64,000 nucleotides of DNA from the human T2T-CHM13v2.0 reference genome, Homo sapiens. The translations under genes were made by a program, and so were the position numbers. Every line of letters starts with the position of its first letter. The first letter of the stretch is position 1. Below, in pieces: positions 15,800 to 29,084 of this stretch. A model generated the notes under the pieces. It was not told where the DNA came from. It did no database searches and worked only from the letters and a program-made list of their open reading frames with translations. Location: NCBI RefSeq assembly GCF_009914755.1, contig NC_060932.1; one strand, 5' to 3'.

Positions 15800-16130
15800 G
15801 TTAAGGAGAAACACTCAAATGGCTCAGTGGCCTGCAAATAGGGTGTGAGGACTCCAAAAAATGTGATTGCACTGTTTCAAGGAGTAGCAGCCACTCAGTT
15901 TGAGTGGACTGCTGATATACAGAATTTAGGTCCAATTTTTCCTCTAATTTTTTAAGAGAAATGAAAAACTTGAATTTTTATGTGAAATCTTCCAAAATGA
16001 CCTTCTAAAATAATATTTCCCTTTTGACAACCATCATAACATTTTAAGGAAACAACATATGAACCAAATGAAATATATCTATAAGCTATGGGCTATGGGC
16101 TGGACATAGACTAAGGACACCAGTGTGTTA
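15800..16130. mobile_element. Probable MER102-like hAT element
   Basis: gcagccactcag...aagagaa...gaatttttatgtgaaatct motifs; highly diverged. Confidence 0.45.
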
Positions 16131-16214
16131 TATTTGTTCCAGTGATTCAGTGTGAACTGGAGAAGTGAGGGGAAGCCGGTGATGTTTACTGCAGGGTTTG
16201 AGCTACTCCTTGAA

Positions 16215-16238
16215 TGTGTGTGTGTGTGTGTGTGTGTG
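16215..16238. repeat. (TG)12 microsatellite
   Basis: Direct reading. Confidence 0.95.
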
Positions 16239-17239
16239 CATGCACACATATGCACATATGCACATAACTAACTGTGTACACACAAGGATATATATAACTG
16301 GGAAGGTAAAAATGGAGGCCAATATCCAGACCCTGGAAATATCCATGATCAAATGGCTGGAATGATAGGAAAGTATGGAAAGTTTGGTCATCACAGTAGA
16401 ATGTTTTCCTGGCTAGAGGAGACAGAAGATTGAGTTTGTTGTAAAACAGAGCCTTGAAAGGCAGATGAAGATGTTTGTGCTAGCAGAAAATTCTTAAACA
16501 ATCTTAATTAATTACATGTTGATCATATATAAAGATGTGTGTCTCCCAGGATACTGGACATAAAATAATACTACCAATGAAAACCCAGGACTCCATATAA
16601 TAGATTAAATGAATTGTATCAAGACCCAACAAACAATGACACTTTCAAAAATATTTCTTCCTCCTCACTTATTATCAATCATAAATATGAATTTCAAATC
16701 TTAGTTGATTTCAGTGGCAAAAATGCTGGAGTTTTGATTATTTGTATAGTGATCCTGATGTAAATTTCTCCAGTAGGCAAGACAGAAAATTAGAGTTGAG
16801 CTGAATGTCAATTATTCATGCTAATTTCCATTCATGTACAAATATCTGATGAAACTCATATAATGAAGCTGGGTCCATTTTCACCTTTAGTGAAAAGAAA
16901 ATATCACTGAAAGGATTTGAAACTAGGAACTGAAAATTCAAAATTATCTTTTTCTTGAACACTCGAGGAACTCAAGATTTTCACATTACTTTTGTTTTGG
17001 TTTCACTTTTTCGGTCTTTTGTTTGTGTTTTGTTGTTATTGTTTATTTATTATTATTTGTGTTTGTTTGTTGATATTATCTTCTTGGAATGAAAATTCCA
17101 AACTAGAGAGAAGGGAATGCTACAAAATTTAAATTTTCCTCCCAGCCTTTAAACCAGGGCATAGTTCACCTCTCCAGAGGCAGCAGCTGCTATCAGTTCT
17201 TTGGATAAACTTCCAGAAATATTACATACATATAAGTAT

Positions 17240-17720
17240 CACTTAGACACTGAATTAAGCACATAAAAGAGCCCAAATAGAAGTCACTTAGAAGGTATAG
17301 ATTTGTTTTTCTCTCATGTCAAAGAGGTCTGGAGGCAGGCACACCAAGCTAGTAAATATCAGAGACTCAGGCACTTTTAATCTTTCTTTGTCATTATTCT
17401 CAGGTTGTAGTTTTTATCCTTAAAGTCACCTCATGAGCACAACATAATTGCTAGAGTGAAATCTATCACATCAATATTCCAGGCAAGAAGAAGGAAGAAC
17501 AAAAGGATATCACTCCCAGCAGTCAGCTCCCTTTAAAGAGCTTTCTTGAAAATCCCACATCATATCTAATTGTTTAGCCTTTTAGGCTTAAGCCTAAAGT
17601 AGGTTTTAAGGTTTTAAGTAGGTTTTAAGCTGGATACTTTGCAAGTCCCAAATACAGGGGTTCTGGTGGTAAAGAATAAAGGAAGAAGGGATATTGAATA
17701 GGCAACTAGCAACCCACAAT
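17240..17720 (-). mobile_element. Old MaLR LTR (MLT1J/K/L-like)
   Basis: aagaggtctggaggcagg, atcacatcaatattccaggcaagaagaagg, ggatattgaataggcaactagca. Confidence 0.6.
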
Positions 17721-17949
17721 ATAGAAGCCTACACATATATGTATTCTCTTCCTTCACATTTTTTAAACAAATGGTAGCTTACTAACACAGTCACATTGCT
17801 TTTAACTCTATCCTCCACATTCATTAGATTTCAGTGGTACCAAAACCAAAGGCCAAAGGCCAGGGCTGATTCCTCTAAAAGATAGGCTCTGCCCTCCTTC
17901 AGCTGCTCATAATAACAATTGCTTCCTGCACTCCTTGCTATGCAAAGAG

Positions 17950-18106
17950 GAGCAGTCACAAACCAGCAACATCACTGTTACCTAAAAGCTTCCAGAGTCT
18001 ACTAGAAATGCAGAATCTCAGCTCTTCTCCAAATCTACTGAATCAGAATTTGTAGTTTAACAAGATCTCAGGTAGTGTGGATGAGGATTTCAGTTTGAGA
18101 AGCAGT
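17950..18106. mobile_element. MER5A (hAT-Charlie MITE)
   Basis: tagaaatgcagaatctcag..ctactgaatcagaa..aacaagatc..agtttgagaagca. Confidence 0.75.
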
Positions 18107-18605
18107 ATGCACATTTAGCCCTTCTAAGGTTCCAGATTAGTGACAGCAAAGCTTGAGAGTCTGTTAGGAGCCTTCTCCCAACTAGCTTTTGGGGTCTGGA
18201 AGTAATTCCATATCCTAGGCGGGGTATCTGTGAGAACCCTAGAGTAAACCAGCACCAGTTTGAGCATCAAGCTGTAAACTTACTAATCTATTTCTGATTG
18301 TGCCAGTAGTCAGAAGTTCTGGTCCTTCTTCCCTAATGTCGTGGGCTGGGTCCTTCCTCCTATCCCCACTCCCTCTCTGCAAAACTTGAAGGAAAGTAGC
18401 ATTCAACTCCAGCTAACTCCCTGGTTTTATCTTCCCTTTTCTTACGGAGCTGTCCTTGCTTCCAGTTTCCTTGACTCTTCTCAAATGAGCCTCACTTGTT
18501 TCTAATCATTAAAACCAAAAACTCTGAGAATTTATCACCATCCTGAAGCCTAGATCCTGGCTTTTTTTTTTCTTTTTTTGCTTCATTGAGTCAGGACAAC
18601 GTTGA

Positions 18606-18981
18606 TGTCTCAGTCAATTTGAGCTGCTACAACACAGCACCATAGACTGAGTGGCTTAAACAATAGAAATGTATTTGTCGCAGTTCTGGAGGACAGGAAG
18701 TCCAAGATCAGGGTGCCAGCATAGTCAGGCTCGGGTGAGGGCCCCCCTCTTGATTCACAGATGGATGCCTTCTGTCTGTAACCTCACGTGGTAGGGAAGA
18801 GAGACAAAAGGAGACCAGGCTCTCTCCTGTCTCTTCTTATTGGGGCACTAGTCTCATCATGGGGGCTCCACCCTCATGACCTAATTACCTTCCAAAAGGG
18901 TCACCTCCTAATACCAGCATGTTAAGGATTAGAGTTTGAACATGTACATTCTGAGGGGACACAAGCATTCAGTTCATAACA
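18606..18981 (-). mobile_element. MaLR solo LTR (MLT1A/B)
   Basis: TG...CA ends; accatagactgagtggcttaaacaatagaaatgtattt. Confidence 0.85.
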
Positions 18982-19339
18982 CTTGGCTATTTACAGTAGC
19001 TAGGCTAAGGGCTGAGTTTGACACCCTCTCAAAGTCTCTTTTAGAGTCAGTCCTGCCTCCCAGATCTCAGGCAGATTTTTTCCACCATAAGTTTATACCA
19101 AGCCTTGAGCGTCCCTGATGGTTCTCTTTTACCCAAGGGTAAAATCAGCCTAATGCCCAAAAGACCATGCTGCTAATGTCAAGGTGTAACTTGTTGCTTT
19201 GTCCCACCATTTTTTAAGTCCACTGTTAGCACAGCAAGAACTGCTTCTAGGTGCTGGGGCCAGGCTGAAATGCAGAGGTTGGTTAAGTGGCTCTAGCTGG
19301 GATGGAGATAGGCAAGCTTAGCAGAACCTAATAATTGCA

Positions 19340-19720
19340 GTCTAGTTGGGTCCTAATGTCAACACTATGTGAATTTGGATGGATAAAAAGGCCATTAGAT
19401 TTGACAAAATGTAGGCTATTAACCTTTAAGAGAGCAATCTCAGCAGAAAAGTAGGGCCAGAAGGCAGATTGCAATGAATTAAGCAAGGAATGAAAAACAG
19501 AGGAGAAGAGGCAACTGATAACATTCATTTCTGACATCTGTGGGTAGAAGGAAGAAGCTATAAGATGTAACAGAATCAAATTACATTTTTGTAAGATAAG
19601 GGAGAACTACACATTTTTGAAGGCAGAAGGGAAAGAGTCTGTGCAAAGGACATACTGGAGACAAACTCAATAGAGCAACAGAAAAATCTTTGAGAGTAAA
19701 GATAACGAAGGAACACTGCA
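19340..19720 (-). mobile_element. L2 fragment
   Basis: ggccattagatttgacaaaatg..ccagaaggcagattg L2 motif. Confidence 0.55.
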
Positions 19721-20173
19721 GAGGGGTTGTCTAAAGAGGAGGAACTTCTCATATATAGTAAGAAAGAATGAAGGAATAAATGTAGACACAAAATACAATC
19801 AGGTGTGTCTGCACATTGGTTCACCTAAATAGTCTTACACTCAACAAAGTAATAGAACAGGCAATGTTTTTTATTACATTGAGGACTTACATAGAATCAA
19901 AGATTTGTATTGTAAGAAAAGCTTATGGAAACAAATCTGTTGGTGTAATTTTTTTTTTCATTTAAAGAGATGGGAAACCATGAATGAAAAAAATAAACTG
20001 ATTTGCCAAGACTGGTTTAAAGTAATCTAGTGGCCTTCAGGACTTGACACTATCTAAAGAGTCCCAATGGGGACATAGACACTCTAAGAGTAAGCCCTAA
20101 TGAGTTAACCTCACTTCACTTTTGGACATAGTTACTAGGCTATGCTGGGATTCAAGTGTGCTATGATCCAAGG

Positions 20174-20600
20174 TGCTATGGTTTGTTTTGTCCCTGCCAA
20201 AACTCATGTTGAAATTTGTTCCTCAATATGGCAATACTGGGAGGTGACTCCCAGTGGAAGGTGTTTGAGTCAGTGGGGCAGATCCCTCATGAATAGACTA
20301 ATGCTCTCCTTTGGGAGTAAGTGACTTCTCACTCTCATGGTAATGGATTAGTTTCTGAGAGAACAGGTTGTTAGAGTCTGGTTTCCTTGGTTTCATTCTC
20401 CCTCCATGCGATCAATTTGCACATGCCAGCTTCCCTCTGCTTTCTGACACAAGTTGACGCAGCCTAAGACCCCCACCAGATGCAGATGCCCAACTCTGAA
20501 CATTCCAGCCATCAGAATTGTAAGCCAAATTAATATATTTTCTTTATAAACTACCTAGTCTCAGGTATTCTGTTATAGCAACACAAAACAAGCCAAGACA
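20174..20600 (+). mobile_element. MaLR solo LTR (MSTB/MSTC-like)
   Basis: tgctatggtttg...ccaaaactcatgttgaaatt...gtctcaggtattctgttatagcaacacaaaacaagccaagaca. Confidence 0.85.
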
Positions 20601-20796
20601 CATGCACCTCAAGGTGCAAATTCAAGTGCACCTGAATTTCATCAAAGCATTTAGCAATCAATTACACTCCAAAAATAATGAATCTCCTGGACCAAAACCA
20701 GATGCAAGCAACTGAAGGGAAATATCATGTTAATATAGTTCTGGGGCTTTTCCAAAGACATCTCAGAACTCTTAGTTTGGGCAATAAGAAAATGGG

Positions 20797-22624
20797 AATC
20801 AAAGGAAAAAAATCATTATATCAAAAAGACACAAGCATGCATATTTTTATCACAGCATAATTCACAATTGCAAAGATATGAAACCAACCTAAGTGTCCAT
20901 CAACTGAAGAGTGGATAAAGAAAATTAGGTATATTCGCACCAGGGAATACTACCCAGCCACAAAAAAGAATGAAATAATGTCTTCTGCAGCAACTTGGAT
21001 GGAACTTGAGACCATTACTCAAAGTAATTCAGGAGTGAAAAACCAAATATCATGTGTTCTCACTTATAAGTGGGAGCTAAGCTATGGGTACACAAAGGGA
21101 TACAGAGTGGTATAGTGGATATTGGAGACTCAGAAGGGAGGAGGGAGGAAAGAGGATAAGGTGATTTTTAAAAAACTACATATTGTCTCAAACTATGAAA
21201 CTACTACAAGAAAACATTAGGAAAACTCCCCAGGACATCAGTCTGGGCAAAAATTTCTTGAACAATACCCCGCAAGCACAGGCAAACAAAGCAAAAATGG
21301 ACAAATGGGATCACATAAAGTTAAAAACCTTCTCCATAGCAAATGAAACAATCAACAAGGTGAAGAGATGATGTACAGAATGGGAGAAAACATTTGCAAA
21401 TTACCCCTCTGTCAAGGGATTACTAACTAGAATATATAAGGAGCTCAAGCAACTCTATAGGAAAAACTCCAATTATCCAGTTAGAAAATGGGCAAAAGAT
21501 CTGAATAGATATTTCTTAAAAGAAAACATACAAACGGGAAATAGAATATGAAAAAGTGTTCAACATCATTGATCATCAGAGAAATGCAAATCAAAACTAC
21601 AGTGGAATATCATCTCAATCCAGTTAAAATGGCTTATATCCAAAAGAATAGTAATAACAAATGCTGGCAAGTATTTGGAGAAAAGGGAACCCTTGTATAC
21701 TGTTGATGGGAATGTAAATTAGTACAGCAACTATGGAGAACAGTTTAGAGGTTTCTCAAAAAACTGAAAAGAGAGCTTCCATACAATCCAGCAATCGCAC
21801 TGCTGGGTAAATATTCAAAAGAAAGGAAATTGGTATATCATAGAGATATCTGCACTGCCATGTTTGTTTCAGCACTGTTTACAATAGGCAAAATTTGGAA
21901 GCAACATAAATGTCCATCAACAAATGAATGGATAAAGAAAATGTGGTACATATACACAATGGAGTACTGTTCAGCCATAAAAAAAGAATGAGATCCTGAG
22001 ATCTTGTCATTTGCAACAACATGGATGGAACTGGAGGACATTATTCTAAGTGAAATAAGCCAGGCACAGAAAGACAAACATCATATGTTCTCACCTATAT
22101 GTGGGATCTAAAAATCAAACTCATGGAGATAGACAGTAGAAGGATGGTTACCAGAGGCTGGGAAGGGTAGCGGGAGGGGTTAGAGGAGCTGGGGATGGTT
22201 AATAGGTATAAAAAAAGAAGTTACAAAGAATGAATAAGACCTAGTATTTGATAGCATAACAGGGTGACTATAGTCTATAATAACTTAATTGTACATTTTA
22301 AATAACTAAAACAGTATAATTTGGATTGTTTGTAACACAAAGGATAAAATGCTTGAAGGGATGGATACCCCATTTTACATGATGGGATTATTATGCATTC
22401 CATGCCTGTATCAAAACATCTCATGTACCCCACAAATACATACACCTTCAATATACCCACAAAGAGATATAAAATAATTTTTAAAATTACATATTGGGTA
22501 CAATGTACACTACTCAGGTGACAGGTACACTAAAATTTCAGACTTCACTATTATGCGATTCATCCATGTAACCAAAACCACTTATACCCCTAAAGCTACT
22601 GAAATTAAAAAAAAAAAAGAAATA
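20797..22624 (+). mobile_element. L1PB3-like 3' fragment split by a nested L1MA insertion
   Basis: ORF2 end and 3'UTR at 20797-21185, resuming 22483-22624 with A-tail; outer TSD aagaaaatggg (20786-20796 / 22625-22635). Confidence 0.85.
21186..22482 (+). mobile_element. L1MA2-like 3' fragment (nested)
   Basis: ORF2 remnant (MKLLQENIRK..KMDKWDHIKLK); L1MA 3'UTR; TSD aaaactacatattg / aaaattacatattg. Confidence 0.87.
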
Positions 22625-23044
22625 AAGAAAATGGGTACCATTCATGAAAAAAAGTTCTCATTTCTATTGATTTGAACATATTATTATGAAAAATTGATGG
22701 TTGTTGCTCACTGAATTGAAAAAGTTACAATAAGGCCAAACGTAAAGTCTAAGAACTCTAGATTATTAGACACAAGCATCCTGGAGCTATGTTGTTCTTT
22801 TGACTCATATCTTGTAATTCTTGTGCTGCAGAAAAATGCTTTTAAAAGCTTAAGCCACCATTTAAAAAGTACATAGCATATAGTGAGCAACGTGTGGAGG
22901 TGGATAGCACTTAATTCTAAGAAAGGATTACTCTGAAGAATTACACCATTATCCTGGGGATTACAGTATAAAAGACCTTGCCACTACTTTGCTAAGTAAA
23001 TGCAGCTTTGGATTGTGAAAGGAGAACTGCATATTGATCAGCAG

Positions 23045-23235
23045 TAAGCAGAGAGGTTAACATCATGGGCTCCAAAGCCAGAGCGTCCCTACCTAAGTGG
23101 TTTGGGGACATGTTAATTAAACTCTGTGCCTCAATTTTCTCATACGTAGAATAAAATCAACAATACAACTTAGCACTTGGAGATAGAAGGACTTAGTGAA
23201 TTAATGAACATACAGTGTTCAAAATAGTATCCAAT
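23045..23235 (+). mobile_element. MIR
   Basis: aactctgtgcctcaattttctcatacgtagaat core. Confidence 0.55.
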
Positions 23236-23239
23236 TAAA

Positions 23240-23440
23240 CCCTGTGCTAAGCACTAGATATCCATTATCTTGATAATCTTCACAATAATTGGTGAAGTAG
23301 TATGATTATATCTATTTGACAGATTACAAACTGAGGCTCAGTGAGGTTAAATACCTTACCCAAGGCTCACTCTAATAGTAGTGGCAAAGGTAAAAGTTAA
23401 ACTGAGATCTCTCTGACCACAAAGATGGACTCTTGACCAC
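23240..23440 (-). mobile_element. MIR
   Basis: acagattacaaactgaggctcagtgaggttaaataccttacccaagg core. Confidence 0.7.
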
Positions 23441-23895
23441 CATAACCATCAACTGTGAGGTGAGTGTTGGATCCCAGGAACAAGGCTGAAACCCATCCTG
23501 AGACCTGGGTATATCAGAGCAACGCTGTTGGCAAGAGTGGCCTCATGTTGATCCCCCAACTGTCAGATGGAACCCCTTGAATCCCTGCCACCCAAGAACA
23601 GTAATGGTCCTGAGAATAGAGGTGAATTATTTCCAGCGGTCAGGAGAGAAAAGACACAAAATCTCAGATCCAAGGAGGATGTAGGAGCACAATACAGGAA
23701 AAGTGGTGATACTCAGTGTCCATTTTGCCAAGACCATAGGGGAGGCCCAGTAGTCAATGACATGAGATCCTCTCCCACCCTTGATCCTGGAGTGGATGGT
23801 CTGTGATCTGTTGCAGCAATGACGGAGGATGAGCAGATCCTTGGTTACACAATGGGCTTCACTCAAAGGTCTATCAGTAACAAAAGATGGTACTG

Positions 23896-24047
23896 AACTG
23901 GGAGCAGTGGTGTGGGCCTCCAATATGAGCTACTTCCCACATGGGAAGCTGAGGCAGGAGGGTCACTTGAGTCCAGGAGTTCAAGGTTAGCCTGGAAAAC
24001 ACAGCAAAACACTCTATCTTAAGAAAAAAGAAGAGAGAGAGAGTGAG
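23896..24047 (+). mobile_element. Alu monomer (FLAM/FAM-like)
   Basis: Single arm with A/GA tail; degenerate TSD aaagatggtactg / aaagctgatactg. Confidence 0.8.
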
Positions 24048-26245
24048 AAAGCTGATACTGTGGCCAGTTTCTCACACATAACACCCTGGGGCCTTCTCAG
24101 AGCTGGGCCTACAGCATCATCAGCCTAATTTCGACTCTTGTGCAAGGCAGTGGAATTAGGTGTCATGCACTCCATCTGCTGATTCAGCCATACATATCAC
24201 AGCATCTGCCACATTTCACTAGGTAGGACTTTTACGTACATCCCGCAAGTTAGGAAGGCCATGAAACACCATTCAATTACAGAAAAGCAGGATTCCCTAC
24301 TACGAAACATCCCCTCTCAACTTCCACAGACACATATGGATAGAGGAATGCCTGTCTTTCTCTTACATTCTCCTGAGAACTATAAACTCCATATTTCTAC
24401 ATGTGGCTTTATCTGCATCGAGGGGCTAAACAGTCTACTGAGTTTACCATGACTCACTGGATGGCAGGAGCAGCACCTGCAACAGAAAGAGCTCCAGACA
24501 TTGCCATTTGTAAAAACATACCCTCAATGGCTCCTTATTGGCTAAGTCAGCTGCTCAGTGAGAAGCAGACAGGCAGGGAGTGGACATGTCAGTCTGTATG
24601 CCCAGAGGGTGGTGCCTGACTGCCTAAGCATGGGGATCAGAGCACAGCTGCTCTGCCATCCACTGCCTCCCAGTGGCTGCTCTGGGGACCTCAGCTCTCA
24701 ATGCATACAACCTGGAGATGAACACCTACTGCTGGGTTATGTGGTTCTGTGGAAATCTGTATTTGAGGATCCATTGGCACAAATATGCTTCCTGAAATAC
24801 TGAGGGTGCCCCAAAATGAAAGGGGCACAAAAAGAGTCCAAATGCTCTAGTAAGCCAGAAACCAGATTCAAAATGAGTGGTAAGAACAAGGGTTTTAAGT
24901 AGCTAGAGGTTGAAGTCAATAGCTCAAGATGGGAATGTGGGACAGAGGTTGAATAAGCAAGTCTGAGGTCAGCCTGAATAGATACAGGCCAAGAGCTCCT
25001 GCCCAAGCCCAACTTTTACTCCAGTTTCTTGGGTCTGACTGCATTTAAATGATCAGGCATGGAGGAGGCAGAGCTCAGTGTAACCTAGATAATTTATAAG
25101 TCCCCATAGCCACAAAGACATGTATACTCAACCCAACCCAAGACCTTGCCTGTCACATTCTGACACGACAAAAACCACTCTCTATCCTCAAAATATACTC
25201 GTAGTCATGTGACACATTTATGAATTCTCTTTTAGTTTACATTTTGGATTGTAAACGGGTAAATATTAGATGGAACTTTTCCTTGATAGAAGTATTTTTC
25301 TTCAAATGACCTCATAACACTCAGATATAATGATCCTATCAAACTAGCCACATAATACCATTGAAGAATTATTGAATTTGGCAATGTACACTTAGAAAAG
25401 TCCTACATGAAATGATCTACTTAAATAGGCCCCTTTACAAAAAAATCTTAGGCAATGTTCTTATTCCTTAATGACTTGCTACCAGAAATGCATTATCTTA
25501 GAACAAGGTTCTTTGTGAGTCAGGGTAACATCGATGTCCTCCATGATATTGCTGAGCTGGTGTGTGCAGAGTGTCTGCATCACAGAAGTATGTCACTGAA
25601 AGTCTTATCTTTCTTGGTAGAGGCCAGCGAATCATTTGTTTTTCATTTTGAAACTGTCTCCACAAGTGCTTCCCATACACATAAGGGCAGTAAATCCCCA
25701 GAGCTTGAATAAATGTGATGCTGTTTCTGTTGTGCATTTTTATGGTCATCGTGGAGAAAACAACTTATTTCCATATTCATTGATTCATTTGGAGTCCAGG
25801 GTGCCAGTGGGACTCTTAGAAGAGTGAACCAAATTTCTTCACATAATTTCAGGCTTCACTTGGCATAAGACACTTCCATAGAAGATGCAGCTCTAATTCT
25901 GGATTCCTGAAGGAACAGTAGGAGCAGCTTGATTAAAAACAAACAGATTAGGTATTACTGGGAGTCACACTCTCCCCAGAGTGATCCAAATAAATAAGAG
26001 GACCGTCTCTCCTAAGACTTCTTCCCCTGAGGATCCTAAGAGCCTAGACTTCTGTTCTGCTGGGCGCACAAGACAGCACAGATAGGCCTGGGTGACAGTT
26101 GCACTAAAAGGCCCTCTCGGGAGCCATAGAAAAAGAAATGTGGCCACAAAGCATGGGGAGATGAAACTGTCCACCTGCTGCCTCTTCTTCAGTCTCAGAG
26201 TTTCTTGATAAGCCCTCTAGAATAAGGAAGGATAAATATGCTGCC

Positions 26246-26602
26246 TGTATTAATCTGTTCTCACGCTGCTATGAAGAAATACCCAAGACTGGGTAATTTA
26301 TAAAGGAAAGTGGTTTAATTGACTCACAGTTCATCATGGTTGGGGCAGCCTCAGGAAACTTACAATCATGGCAGAAGGCACCTTTTCACAGGGTGGCGGG
26401 AGAGAGAATGAGTGCCAAGAGAAGGGGGAAGTCCCTGATAAAACCACAAGATCTCACGGGAATTCACTCACTATCATGAGAATGGCATGGGGGAAACCAC
26501 CCCCATGATTCAATTATCTCTACCTGGTCCCACCTTTGACACATGGGGATTATTACAATTCAAGGTGAGATTTGGGTGGGGAAACAGAGCCAAACCATAT
26601 TG
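26246..26602 (-). mobile_element. MaLR solo LTR, THE1C-like
   Basis: tgtattaatctgttctcacgctgct...ccaaaccatat; TSD ctgcc / ctgtc. Confidence 0.9.
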
Positions 26603-27294
26603 CTGTCCAATCCACTGAGGGTGAACCCTTGGACAAAGCTGAGCCCTCAACCCCTTAGAAGATGGACTTGAAAGTTTCCCAAATTAGTAGCCACATGTTA
26701 TGTATCTGGACATTCCGTTGTTTATCATCCTGACTTAGGACAAGAGGGTATGCTGAATTCAGGCTTGCTATGAGGGTTGGAACACTGCCTGCCTGATGAA
26801 AACTGCTGTATCAGTTCAACAGGGTGACTGGAAAAGTCTTATCCTATCATATTATTTCTCTCTCCCCAGTGAAGGAAGCAGTATGCATTCTGAAATATCC
26901 GTAGCATTTTTGATATCTTTCAAGTGTTTGGTTTCATGTAAAATCAACCAAAGTTAACCCATAAATGAAAAGACTCTACTATCCTTTTTCTTTCCACATG
27001 TTTATACTTCATCCATCTGTTGAAGATGGTATTATATAATCATTGGCTTGTTCTCATCTTTAGTGCATGATGCACACAATATCAAAGCAAGGCAGCAAAA
27101 ATCTGGAGAACTTATTGAATCATGGCAATAACTCTGATGCACACAAGCAGAGCTGGAGTTTACAGTGGCTGAGCAACATGGTGACCCACAAGGGAACTTC
27201 AGAATTGCTACCATGCTGGAGTTCTGAAATTCATCCACTGTATTTCAGACACCCTGGTTTTCCTCCCTTACCTCACTTTGCAATGCAATTCTTC

Positions 27295-27920
27295 TCATTT
27301 ATTCATTCAGAAGCATTTGATGAAACATTCTTCTTAGCAGGCAGTGCTAAGTGTTAGAAATGCAAAGTTGAATTGAGAAAAAGCTCTCATCCTGAAAGAG
27401 CTTCATAGTAGAGACAAACATGTAAATAAGTATAATCACCATGCGAAATGTGCCTTATTCAAGGAGTATGATGATGTGTCAAAGTAGAGGAAGAAGCAGA
27501 TTCTCTCCCTGATGGAGCTGGGGCAGGACTCTCAGAGGACACGATCTTTGCATCAGGTCTCTCGGAGGGTAGTTCCTGCCTTCCAGGACCTACTTAGAAG
27601 ATAACGAATGGACACAATGCTGTGATACAAAGCAGTACCTTGAAGCTGCCATTACAGATATAAGAACAAAGTGCAGAGACTGTTCAGACTAGAGATGGAT
27701 CAACTAAAAAAATCAAAGAAAGTGACATTTACAACTGGGCTTAAAGAATGAGAGGGTTTGTGCGTGCAGAGATGTGAGAACAGGGTGAGGGGGTCATGGG
27801 AAAGCAAAGAATGGGGTGTACTCAGGGAGTTGGAGTACAGATGCATGGCAGAGGAGAGTGGAAGATAAGCCTTGGAGCCAGGCTGAAGCAGGATCATAAA
27901 GGGACTGGAAGTGGATAGCA
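27295..27920 (-). mobile_element. L2 3' fragments
   Basis: cattcattca.. L2 terminus and aggcagtgctaagtgtt motif; diverged. Confidence 0.5.
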
Positions 27921-28089
27921 AGTGCATATGCATTTGCACCAGTGAAATAATCTTTGTTACTGAGTACCTACCTCAAATTGTGAATAAAGATTTAAGAAGA
28001 TGTGTATTGCCATCAAAATTCAAACATGCTATAATTGCTATAAAACTCACCTTTAAGAAAATAAAGAAACCTCACTGATTTCATATTTT

Positions 28090-28490
28090 TCTCCAGCGAC
28101 TATCCTTTTTCTCCTCCTCTTTCAGTAAAACTCCTTGAAAGAACTGTTAATATTCTATTTTCTCTTGAACCTGCTCTGATCGGATTTTTGCCCTTCTCTC
28201 CACCAAAATGACCATAATTAAGACCACTGATGTCTTCCACTGGTCCAGTCCAGTGTTCAACGCTCACTCATTGTTCTTAACCAATCAGAGACCTTTAACA
28301 CAGCCAATAGCCTCAATTTCTGTACCCCTCATACTTCTCTGGTCAGTCCTTTTTGGTCTCTTTTGCTGGTTTCTAGTCTTCTCTCCAATTGCTGAATGTT
28401 GTGATGCTCCAGAACTTCATCCATGGACCCCTTCTCTGACTTCACTCACTTCCTTAGTCACATGGCTTTAAATACCATCTACAGATATTC
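28090..28490 (+). mobile_element. L2 fragment
   Basis: aaaactccttgaaagaactg..catggctttaaataccatct. Confidence 0.55.
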
Positions 28491-28504
28491 TATTAACCTC
28501 TACA

Positions 28505-28848
28505 TGTGTCATTGCTCTTTACCTGAGAATTTCTCAGCGTTGTGCTTTCATCAAGCAACCTTCGTGCATGAGGTAACTTCTTCCCCATCTCACCCCCACA
28601 GAAAGTAGGCTGGCTTCACCTTACTGTGAAAACAGCACAGAATTTCCTTCCAGTAACACAACCCACAAGTGTGCGAGCATCCATCAAGGCCCAAGAGGCA
28701 TGATAAATGGAGAAAAGAGATATGAAACTTGTGTTGCCCTCTGCACTGTGAATAAAAGTCCTCTGTTTCTGACCCAGCACCCATGGAACAGTAATAGACT
28801 AATTTGTTAATTTATAAGTAGGGTAAAATCCCTGCAAAGTTTCTGACA
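28505..28848 (+). mobile_element. Old ERVL-class LTR (LTR40/41-like)
   Basis: AATAAA followed by ..ttgttaatttataagtagggtaaaatc..tctgaca terminus typical of this group. Confidence 0.55.
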
Positions 28849-29084
28849 TTAAGTAGCTATGCTTTCTCTTAGAAGTTACTTAATACCTTAACTGAAATAC
28901 GTTACATATAGAAGCTTTCTATTCACAAATGTTCAACTTAATGACTTTCATTAGAATAAAGCTCTGCACAGAGCAGTGTGTCAGTCTCTGTCTGCCTCCC
29001 ATAGGCAGACTTGGTGAAGGATTTCAGAGAGTCATTTTGAACTTGAGGATAAAATAACTAACAAGCAGTATTGTAGAACCTGTG

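Noticed and set aside
25455-25920. Possible processed pseudogene or exon (overlapping ORFs, minus-strand acceptor near 25907)
   Set aside because: The frames I translated resemble no protein I know and contain stops; no convincing donor, poly-A tail or TSD.
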